Source: Caulobacterales bacterium (lineage in GTDB: Bacteria > Pseudomonadota > Alphaproteobacteria > Caulobacterales > Caulobacteraceae). From it: a DNA stretch of 64,000 nt. Positions 24,159-31,898 of the stretch are shown one piece after another; the first letter of the stretch is position 1, and every line of letters begins with the position of its first letter. A program made the translations under genes and the position numbers. The notes under the pieces were generated by a model. That model saw nothing but the letters and a program-made list of their open reading frames with translations, made no database searches and was not told the DNA's origin. The DNA is taken from the NCBI GenBank assembly GCA_038225765.1, contig JBBRQW010000003.1:11-64010 (forward strand), read 5' to 3'.

Positions 24159-25265
24159 GTGCGAAAGATTTTACCACGGCGCCGCGCCCTGCGCGCGGGC
24201 CTGACGGCGCTCGCCTTGACCTGCGCCGGCGCGACGATCGCCGCCGAGGTTCCGGACTATATGCGGCCCATCGCCGGCGAGGCGGCCTCGACGCCGGCCC
24301 AGACGGCCAACGGCGACATCCTGGCCCTGAACGCCGCCATGTTCGATCTCTACGGCAATTCCGGCCACATCTTCCAGAAGAACATCCTCGCCCAGCACCC
24401 GGTGATCCTGGGCCTGTTCTCGGGCGCGGGAGGGCGTTTCATCCTCTATCGGCCGGGCATGGCGCCGCTGGAGGCGCCGTCGGTTCCGCTGACCTACCAA
24501 CTGCTCAAATCGATCGGGCACAGCACCATGGCCCTGGCCGAGGTCGTGGCGCCCTTCGTCGATAACCCGGCGAACCAGTCCTGGCGCGGGCCGATGGCCT
24601 CCTATCGCAGCCGGATGCAATCGGCCCTGGCCAATCTGGACGCCACCGACATGCCGGCCGACTGGCGGGCCAACAACCAGGCCATCCTCAAGAACAACAT
24701 CGCCTTCATGGACGCCTGCGCGGCCAAGGGGGCCATATCCCAGGCCGATCTCGACGCCTTCGGCAAGCGGCAGGCGCCGTTCCTGGCCAAGGACGTCTCC
24801 TGGGCCGCGCGCACCCAGGTCGCCCACTGGATGGGCGTGATCGGCGGCTGGAAGGCGATGCTGGGCGCCGACTGGGACAAGACCTACGCCGCCAGCAACA
24901 CCATCTATGTGGCCAGGCAGAACAATGTGCTGTTCAGCGTGTTGGCGCAGTTCTTCCCGCCGGACGCCATCAACGACCGCCTGCTGCTGATCGAGACCGT
25001 CTCTTTCACCACCACCCCGGAGGACATGCTCGAAGGGCTGACCCGGATCATCTCCGACCGCTCGGTGGGCTCGATCTTCTTCGGCAACTACCATCTGATG
25101 GACTATGAGCTGATGGGCGGGGACGCCCGCGCCGCCATCGTCGAAGAGAGCGCCAAACTCGGCAAGAAGCCGTTCCTGCCGCCGGCCGTGCCGTTCGGCT
25201 CCCATCAGTGGCCGACCCTGGTGACGCCCGGCCCGGGCCCCGCCTCGATCGCCGACCTCAAATGA
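24159..25265 (+). CDS. hypothetical protein with Tat-type signal peptide, first gene of the redox operon
   Basis: GTG 24159 is preceded by GGGGGGA. The N-terminus RKILPRRRALRAGLTALALTCAGATIAAE has a twin-arginine, an h-region and A-x-A. About 340 further residues match no recognised family. The stop overlaps the next start (ATGA). Confidence 0.6.
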   Translation: MRKILPRRRALRAGLTALALTCAGATIAAEVPDYMRPIAGEAASTPAQTANGDILALNAAMFDLYGNSGHIFQKNILAQHPVILGLFSGAGGRFILYRPGMAPLEAPSVPLTYQLLKSIGHSTMALAEVVAPFVDNPANQSWRGPMASYRSRMQSALANLDATDMPADWRANNQAILKNNIAFMDACAAKGAISQADLDAFGKRQAPFLAKDVSWAARTQVAHWMGVIGGWKAMLGADWDKTYAASNTIYVARQNNVLFSVLAQFFPPDAINDRLLLIETVSFTTTPEDMLEGLTRIISDRSVGSIFFGNYHLMDYELMGGDARAAIVEESAKLGKKPFLPPAVPFGSHQWPTLVTPGPGPASIADLK

Positions 25266-26092
25266 ATCTCGACACGATCGTCGAGGTCCGGCGACCCGTT
25301 TGCGCCGACGAGGTCACCAGCTGGCGCGACGGCCTGGCCTGGCTGGGCGGCGGCACCTGGTTGTTCTCCGAGCCTCAGTCGGAGCTCGATACGCTGATCG
25401 ATCTCGACTCTCTGGGCTGGCCGGCGCTGGAGGTGTCGGCGGAGGGACTGGAGATCGCCGCGACGTGCAGGATCGCCCAACTCCATGACTTCGAAGGGCC
25501 GGCCGAATGGACGGCCGTCCCCCTGTTCCGCGCCTGCTGCAACGCCCTGCTGGCGTCGCACAAGGTGTGGAATACGGCCACGGTGGGCGGCAACATCTGC
25601 ATGTCCCTGCCGGCCGGCGCGATGATCGCCCTGACCGCGGCCCTGGAGGGCGTGGCCACCCTCTGGCCCCGTGGCGGGCCGCCCCGCCAGGTGGCGATCG
25701 CCGATTTCGTCACCGGCAATCAGGTCAATGTTCTGGCGCCAGGAGAACTGCTGCGGGGCGTCCATTTGCCGGCGAGCGCGCTTCGCAAACACTTCGCCGT
25801 GCGCCAGATGTCGCTGACCCATCTCGGCCGCTCGGCGGCCCTGATCGTGGGGACGGTGGGCGCGGGCGGCCGCGATTTCCGCCTGACCGTCACGGCCGCG
25901 ACGCCCCGTCCCGTCGTATTTCAATTTGAGAGGCTGCCCGCCGCGGATGCGTTGAGCGATTCAATCGAGGCGAAAATTCCATCGGACGGCTATTTCGACG
26001 ACGTTCACGGCGCCGCCCCCTACAAGCGCCATCTCACCACCTATTTCGCCGAGCAGATTCGCGCCGAACTCGCGGGGGGGGGCGCCGCATGA
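25262..26092 (+). CDS. xanthine dehydrogenase family, FAD-binding (CoxM-like medium) subunit
   Basis: MNLDTIVEV...LAWLGGGTWLF...WNTATVGGNICMSLPAGAM, typical of the FAD_binding_5 / CO dehydrogenase flavoprotein fold. Confidence 0.85.
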   Translation: MNLDTIVEVRRPVCADEVTSWRDGLAWLGGGTWLFSEPQSELDTLIDLDSLGWPALEVSAEGLEIAATCRIAQLHDFEGPAEWTAVPLFRACCNALLASHKVWNTATVGGNICMSLPAGAMIALTAALEGVATLWPRGGPPRQVAIADFVTGNQVNVLAPGELLRGVHLPASALRKHFAVRQMSLTHLGRSAALIVGTVGAGGRDFRLTVTAATPRPVVFQFERLPAADALSDSIEAKIPSDGYFDDVHGAAPYKRHLTTYFAEQIRAELAGGGAA

Positions 26093-28788
26093 ACCTGACC
26101 CTCAACGGCGAACGCGTCCGCGGCGAGCCCAGGCCCGGCCAGTGCCTCCGCACCTTCCTGCGCGATCTGGGTTGCCTGGGCGTCAAGAAGGGTTGCGACC
26201 AGGGCGACTGCGGGGCCTGCACGGTGTGGTTCGACGGCAAGCCGGTCAATTCCTGCCTGGTGCCCGCCTTCCGCGCCGCCGATCACGCCGTGACCACCAT
26301 CGAGGGCCTTTCGCGGGACGGTGTTCTTCACCCCCTCCAGCAGTGCTTCCTCGACGCCCAGGCCTTCCAGTGCGGATTCTGCGCCGCCGGCATGATCATG
26401 ACCGTGGCCTCGCTTACCGACGAGCAGCGCCAGGACCTGCCCCACGCGCTCAAGGGCAACCTGTGCCGCTGCACCGGCTATCGCTCCCTCGTCGACGCCA
26501 TCGGCGGTGTTTCCAACACGGAAGGCGACAAGGCCGGCTCGGCCATGGGAGCCAGCCTGGCCAACCCCTTCAGCGAGGCGATCGTCACTGGCAAGGCGCG
26601 CTACACCATGGATGTGGCGGTCGAAGGCACACTGCACCTGAAGGTGGCGCGCTCGCCCCACGCCCATGCCCGCATCGCCCGCATCGACAAGGCCGGGGCC
26701 ATGGCCATTCCCGGCGTCGTCGAGGTCTTCACCTGGGAAGACGCGCCGCGCCGCCTCTACAGCACCGCCCTGCACGAGGATCATCTGGTCGATCCCGACG
26801 ATACCTACATGCTCGACAATGTCGTCCGGTTCGTCGGCCAGCGGGTCGCCGCCGTGGTCGCCGAGACGGAGGCGGCCGCGGCGGCCGGCTGCCGCGCGCT
26901 CGAAATTGACTACGAGGTTCTTCCCAGCGTCTTCGATCCCGAGGCGGCGATGCTGGAGGGCGCGCCGATCCTGCACGACCACGGCGGGACGAACAGAGGC
27001 AATGTCTTCGCGGATATTCAGGGAGAAGTCGGCAGCGTCGCCGACGGCTTCGCGCGGGCCGACACCATCCACGAGAACACCTATTCGACCTCCCGCGTCC
27101 AGCATGTCCATCTGGAGACCCATGGCACGATCGCCTGGAAGGGCGAGGACGGCCGTTATCATCTGCGCACCAGCTCTCAGGGCCCCTTCATAGTTCGGTC
27201 GAAGCTCTGCTACCTCTTCGGCCTGCGCGACCGCGACCTGCATGTGTTCACCGAACGGGTCGGCGGCGGCTTCGGCGGCAAGCAGGAGATGCTGTCGGAG
27301 GATCTGTGCCTGCTGGCCACCCTGAAGACCGGGCGGCCGACGACCTGGGAGTGGTCCCGCGAGGACCAGTTCATCGGCGCCAGCACCCGCCACCAGATGA
27401 CCACCCGGGTGAAGCTCGGCGCCAGGCGCGACGGGACCTTGACCGCCATCGAGGTCCGCGTGGTTTCCAACACCGGCGGTTACGGCGGTCACGGCGGCGA
27501 AACCCTGGGGGCCGCGCTGGGCAGCCCGCTGTGCGCCTACCGGTGCGACAACAAGAAGGCGGAAGGCTACGCGGTCTACACCAACATGATCCCCGGCGGC
27601 GGATTTCGCGGCTACGGCGCCTCGCAAACCACCTTCGCCATCGAATGCGCCATGGACGAACTGGCCGGCGTGCTGGGCATCGATCCCTTCGCGCTGCGGC
27701 GCAAGAACATGGTGGGCCCGGACGATTGGATCGAATCGGTGTGGCGCGACCCCTCGGACATCAGCTTCGGCAGCTACGGCCTCGACCAGTGCCTAGACCT
27801 GGTCGAGAAGGGGCTGGCCGATGGCAAACGAATCGCCAAACCCCACGGCGATGAATGGGTGGAGGGCCAGGGCATGGCCCTGGCCATGCTCGACAGCGGC
27901 CCGCCCACCGAACACCGGTCCGGCGCGGTCATGTTCCTCAAGCCCGACGGCGGCTATCACCTGGCGGTGGGATCGACCGAAATGGGCAACGGCTCGACCA
28001 CCTCCCACCGTCAGATCGCCGCCGCCGTTCTCGGCGCGCGGGCGTGCGACATCGTCATCATCAACGCCGATACCGACGAGACGCCCTACGACACCGGCAC
28101 CTTCGCCAGCACCGGCACGGTGGTGGCCGGAAAGGCGGTCCACCTGACCGCCATGGCCCTGCGCGACAATATTCTCGACTATGCGTCGCGCAACTCCGGC
28201 AAGCCGGCGTCGGCGTGGGCCATCGAGGGCGACGCCGTGGTCTGCGGCGCCACGAGAATCCCGCTCATCGAACTCCACGCCGCCGGGACGCGGGAAGGGC
28301 ATCGCTTCGAGGCCAAGCGCAAAGCCTATTCGTCGCCGCGCACGGTGGGCTTCAACGTTCAGGGGTTCAGGGTCGCGGTCCATACCCAGACGGCGGAAAT
28401 CCGCATCCTGCAGAGCGTCCACGCCGCCGACATCGGCGCCCTGATCAACCCCTCGCAGTGCCGCGGCCAGATCGACGGTTCGGTCGGCATGGGCATCGGC
28501 TGGGCCCTGATGGAGAACATGGTCTATGACGCCGGCGGTCGGATGGTGAATCCCTCTCTGCGCAACTATCGCATTCCGGCCTTTCCGGACCTGCCGCGAA
28601 ACCAGATCGCCTTCGCCGACACCTGCGACACCATCGGTCCCCTGGGGGCCAAGGCCCAGGGCGAGTGCGCCATCAATCCGATCGCGCCGGCCATGGCCAA
28701 CGCCATCGCCAACGCCACCGGCGCGCGCTTCCGTCACCTGCCGCTGACCCCGGACAGGATCTACAGCAAGCTGGGCCCGCGGCCGTGA
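26089..28788 (+). CDS. fused [2Fe-2S] (CoxS-like) + molybdopterin-binding (CoxL-like) subunit of a xanthine dehydrogenase family hydroxylase
   Basis: N-terminal CDQGDCGACTV and CGFCAAGM...CRCTGY clusters, followed by ~740 residues of aldehyde oxidase / xanthine dehydrogenase a/b-hammerhead and Moco-binding domains (GGGFGGK, GGFRGYG). 899 aa, the same architecture as MOP/XdhD-type enzymes. Confidence 0.9.
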   Translation: MNLTLNGERVRGEPRPGQCLRTFLRDLGCLGVKKGCDQGDCGACTVWFDGKPVNSCLVPAFRAADHAVTTIEGLSRDGVLHPLQQCFLDAQAFQCGFCAAGMIMTVASLTDEQRQDLPHALKGNLCRCTGYRSLVDAIGGVSNTEGDKAGSAMGASLANPFSEAIVTGKARYTMDVAVEGTLHLKVARSPHAHARIARIDKAGAMAIPGVVEVFTWEDAPRRLYSTALHEDHLVDPDDTYMLDNVVRFVGQRVAAVVAETEAAAAAGCRALEIDYEVLPSVFDPEAAMLEGAPILHDHGGTNRGNVFADIQGEVGSVADGFARADTIHENTYSTSRVQHVHLETHGTIAWKGEDGRYHLRTSSQGPFIVRSKLCYLFGLRDRDLHVFTERVGGGFGGKQEMLSEDLCLLATLKTGRPTTWEWSREDQFIGASTRHQMTTRVKLGARRDGTLTAIEVRVVSNTGGYGGHGGETLGAALGSPLCAYRCDNKKAEGYAVYTNMIPGGGFRGYGASQTTFAIECAMDELAGVLGIDPFALRRKNMVGPDDWIESVWRDPSDISFGSYGLDQCLDLVEKGLADGKRIAKPHGDEWVEGQGMALAMLDSGPPTEHRSGAVMFLKPDGGYHLAVGSTEMGNGSTTSHRQIAAAVLGARACDIVIINADTDETPYDTGTFASTGTVVAGKAVHLTAMALRDNILDYASRNSGKPASAWAIEGDAVVCGATRIPLIELHAAGTREGHRFEAKRKAYSSPRTVGFNVQGFRVAVHTQTAEIRILQSVHAADIGALINPSQCRGQIDGSVGMGIGWALMENMVYDAGGRMVNPSLRNYRIPAFPDLPRNQIAFADTCDTIGPLGAKAQGECAINPIAPAMANAIANATGARFRHLPLTPDRIYSKLGPRP

Positions 28789-29738
28789 CCGCGCTGGCGG
28801 CCGCCTCGGCGGTCACCATCGTCACCCAGGCGCGGGCGCGCGATGAGTCTTCGCAGGATTTCGCCCGCTGGCAGAGCCGGATCAGCGCCGCCGCGGCCGC
28901 CTTTCCGGGATTCATCGAACAGAGCGTCATCCCGCCCAACCCCCCCTCGCAAGCCGACTGGGTTATCCTTCAGCGTTTTTCCAGCGCCGCCGCCGCCGCC
29001 GCGTGGCTGCATTCCGACCAACGGCGGGGCCTGGTGGACGCCGCCCAGCCGATGCTGGCGGGAGCGGTCGATGTGCATCTGGTGCGCGACACCCAAGCGG
29101 GCGTCCTGCCCGCCCCGGTCTCGGCGGTGATCTCGATCCGGATCAAGCCCGGCCAGGAAGGCGCCTACCGCAAATGGGAACAGCGGATCGCTGCGGCGCA
29201 GGCCAAGGCCGCCGGCTTCCAGGGCTACCGGTTCGAGCCGCCCGTCCCGGGCGTTCAGGACGACTGGCTGGCGATTCTGCGCTTCGACAGCGAGCCTCAT
29301 CTGCGGGCGTGGCTGGACTCGCCGGAGCGGGCCAAGCTGCTGGAAGAAGCGGCGGATTTCACCGAAGAATTTCACGCGCGGGTGGTGCGGACTGGGTTCG
29401 GGCAGTGGTTCGCGGGCGGCGCCTCGGCCTCGGCGCCGGCCTGGAAGCAGAACATGGTCGTCCTGCTCATGCTCTATCCGGTGGTCTTCCTGTTCGGCCT
29501 CTGGGTCCAGAACCCATTTCTGATCAAGGCGGCGCGGCTGCCCTTTCCCCTGGCCCTGTTCATCGGCAACGCGGTCAGCGTCACTCTGCTCAACTATCTC
29601 GTGCCGTGGGCGAGCGGCCGGCTCGGCTGGTGGCTGAACCCCAAGGGCGCCAAGCCGGCCCAAGTCGCCCTCACCGGCGCGGTGCTGATCGTCGCTCTCT
29701 ATGCGGCCTGCATCGCGCTCTTCCTGAGACTTTCATGA
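28785..29738 (+). CDS. membrane protein with two ABM (antibiotic-biosynthesis-monooxygenase-like) domains and a C-terminal TM bundle
   Basis: GTG 28785 (GTGA overlap with the previous stop). Two ferredoxin-like ABM repeats (VTIVTQARARDES...WLHS and VISIRIKPGQEGAYRKWE...WLDS) are followed by 3-4 hydrophobic helices. Confidence 0.6.
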   Translation: MTALAAASAVTIVTQARARDESSQDFARWQSRISAAAAAFPGFIEQSVIPPNPPSQADWVILQRFSSAAAAAAWLHSDQRRGLVDAAQPMLAGAVDVHLVRDTQAGVLPAPVSAVISIRIKPGQEGAYRKWEQRIAAAQAKAAGFQGYRFEPPVPGVQDDWLAILRFDSEPHLRAWLDSPERAKLLEEAADFTEEFHARVVRTGFGQWFAGGASASAPAWKQNMVVLLMLYPVVFLFGLWVQNPFLIKAARLPFPLALFIGNAVSVTLLNYLVPWASGRLGWWLNPKGAKPAQVALTGAVLIVALYAACIALFLRLS

Positions 29739-29792
29739 CCGGGCGCCGGGCCGGGGGCCGCCGCCCGCCTTGCCGCGGCCTTCTGCCTGCTC

Positions 29793-30707
29793 TTGGTCTG
29801 GGCCGGATCGGCCGCCGGGGCCGAGGCGACCGATTGGATCTCGGGGCTGCCCCGCGAGCCCATCCATATCCAGGCTTGGCCGGGGGGAAAGAAGGTCGCG
29901 GTCGTCTTCGTGCTCTACGTGGAGGATTGGGGTTACGGCCACGGCCCGAACTTCCGTTCCGATACGGCCGCCCGCGATCCGGACGTGGTCGATGAATCCT
30001 TCCGGCAATACGCCATCGACTTCGGCGTCGAGCGGGTCGGCCGGGTGTTCAAGGAGCAGGGCGCGCCCATGAGCATCGCCCTCAACGCGGCGTTCCCCTC
30101 AAAGCATCCCGAGGTGTGGAAGGCGTTCCGGTCCCTGGTCCCAAACGCCCCCATCGTCGCCCACGGCGTCAACAACTCGACCGAACTGCTGCCGCTCGGG
30201 CGCGGCCTGGACGCCCAGGAAGCCTATATCCGCCGCACCCTCGATACGATCGAGAAGGACACTGGCGTGCGACCGCGCGGCTGGTCGAGCCCCAGCGTCT
30301 ATCCCAACGCCGACACCTTCACCGCCACCGCCGCCGAGGGCATTCAGTATTCCCTCGACGGGATGGATTCGGATCGCCTCTCGCGCCTAACGACCCGGAC
30401 GGGGCCGCTGCTGATGATCCCCTACCCCACCGTCACGGTGGACATGGGACAGTATCTGGCGCGCGGCAAGGAGCCGGCCGACATGGAGCGGCTGTGGATC
30501 GACTATGTGACCGAATTGGCGAGGGAGGCGCGGGCCGACCCCGGCCGCGAGGCCACGGTGGTGGCGATCGGCATCCATCCGTTCGTGGTCGGGACTCCCG
30601 CCGGCGCCGCGGCGTTGCGGCGGGTGCTCGATGATTTCAAACGACAGAATCTGGTCTGGGTGACGGATGTCCAGGCGGTCGCGGAGGCGGCGCGGGAAAA
30701 GCGATAG
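29793..30707 (+). CDS. polysaccharide deacetylase family protein (PuuE/NodB-like); 5' end probably frameshifted, see findings
   Basis: GGKKVAVVFVLYVEDWGYGHGPN, VAHGVNNSTE and GIHPFVVGTP resemble divergent polysaccharide deacetylase / allantoinase PuuE-type proteins. The track ORF starts at TTG 29793, in the middle of what reads as a signal-peptide h-region. Confidence 0.7.
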   Translation: MVWAGSAAGAEATDWISGLPREPIHIQAWPGGKKVAVVFVLYVEDWGYGHGPNFRSDTAARDPDVVDESFRQYAIDFGVERVGRVFKEQGAPMSIALNAAFPSKHPEVWKAFRSLVPNAPIVAHGVNNSTELLPLGRGLDAQEAYIRRTLDTIEKDTGVRPRGWSSPSVYPNADTFTATAAEGIQYSLDGMDSDRLSRLTTRTGPLLMIPYPTVTVDMGQYLARGKEPADMERLWIDYVTELAREARADPGREATVVAIGIHPFVVGTPAGAAALRRVLDDFKRQNLVWVTDVQAVAEAAREKR

Positions 30708-30775
30708 ATGTGGCCGGCCTCGGCCGGCGATCGAAACACCTGTTCGATCCACCCATGCTGAAGCATAAGGCGGCC

Positions 30776-31873
30776 ATGACCGACCTTTTCTCCCCCTTGA
30801 CCCTCGCCCGCGGCCCGGCCTGGAAGAACCGGTTCATGCTGGCCCCGCTGACCAATTCGCAGAGCCACGCCGATGGGCGCCTCTCCGACGACGAGTTTCG
30901 CTGGCTGACGATGCGGGCCGAGGGCGGCTTTGGCCTGGTCATGACCTGCGCCGCCCACATGCAGCGCCAGGGGCAGGGTTTTCCAGGCCAACTGGGCGTC
31001 TTCTCCGACGATCACCTGCCGGGCCTCGCCCGCCTCGCCGCCGCCATCCGGACCAAGGGCGCGGTCTCCTCCCTGCAGCTCCATCACGCCGGCATCCGCT
31101 CGCCGGAGGACCTGATCGGCGGCCGGCCGGTCGGCCCTTCGGACGACGCCGAGACCGGCGCCCGCGCCCTGACCGGGGCCGAGGTGGAAGCGATCGTCGA
31201 GGATTTCGCCGCCGCCGCCGGGCGCGCCGAGCGGGCCGGATTCGACGGCGTGGAGATTCACGGCGCCCACGGCTACATCCTCAGCGCCTTCCTGTCGCCA
31301 CAGACCAACCGGCGCGATGACGCCTGGGGCGGCTCGCCGGCGCGGCGCGGGCGCATCGTCAAGGATATCGTCGCCGCCATCCGCGCCCGCTGCCGGCCCG
31401 ATTTCCAGCTCGGCCTGCGCCTGTCGCCCGAGCGGTTCGGCCTCGTTACGGCCGAGATCCGCGATCTCGCCGCCGAGCTGTTGGCCTCGGGCGACCTCGA
31501 CTTCCTCGACATGTCCCTGTGGGACGCCTTCAAGGCCCCGATCGACGAGGCGTTCGCCGGCCGCCCCCTGATCGACTGGTTCGCCGAATTGCCGCGCGGC
31601 GCCACGCGCCTGGGCGTCGCCGGCAAGATCATGGCCCCCGACACCGCCGGCCGGGCCCTCGCCCACGGGGCCGATTTCGTCATCCTCGGCCGCGCCGCCA
31701 TATTGCATCACGATTACCCCCAAAGGCTCGCCGCCGATCCCGGCTTCCGACCCGCCAGCCTGCCGGTGAGCCGCGACTACCTGGCCCGCGAAGGCCTGGG
31801 ACCGGCCTTCATCGGCTACATGAACAACTGGAAGGGGTTCGTCGCCGAAGCGCCACAGGCAGAGGGGGCGTGA
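30776..31873 (+). CDS. NADH:flavin oxidoreductase (Old Yellow Enzyme family)
   Basis: MTDLFSPLTLARGPAWKNRFMLAPLTN..., LQLHHAG and HGAHGYILSAFLSPQTNRR. Confidence 0.88.
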   Translation: MTDLFSPLTLARGPAWKNRFMLAPLTNSQSHADGRLSDDEFRWLTMRAEGGFGLVMTCAAHMQRQGQGFPGQLGVFSDDHLPGLARLAAAIRTKGAVSSLQLHHAGIRSPEDLIGGRPVGPSDDAETGARALTGAEVEAIVEDFAAAAGRAERAGFDGVEIHGAHGYILSAFLSPQTNRRDDAWGGSPARRGRIVKDIVAAIRARCRPDFQLGLRLSPERFGLVTAEIRDLAAELLASGDLDFLDMSLWDAFKAPIDEAFAGRPLIDWFAELPRGATRLGVAGKIMAPDTAGRALAHGADFVILGRAAILHHDYPQRLAADPGFRPASLPVSRDYLAREGLGPAFIGYMNNWKGFVAEAPQAEGA

Positions 31874-31898
31874 GACGAAGCCGCGGGGCCGGTTTGGC

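Noticed and set aside
26041-27627. 528-aa minus-strand ORF
   Set aside because: It is antisense to the FeS/molybdopterin subunit, which has diagnostic cluster motifs, and it has artefact composition.
29736-29738. In-frame TGA between the ABM membrane gene and the deacetylase as a read-through or selenocysteine site producing a fusion protein
   Set aside because: The stop is in the same frame as the deacetylase, but I saw no SECIS-like hairpin. The alternative is much better supported: an ATG at 29735 plus a 1-nt frameshift in a G5 run recreates a complete signal peptide.
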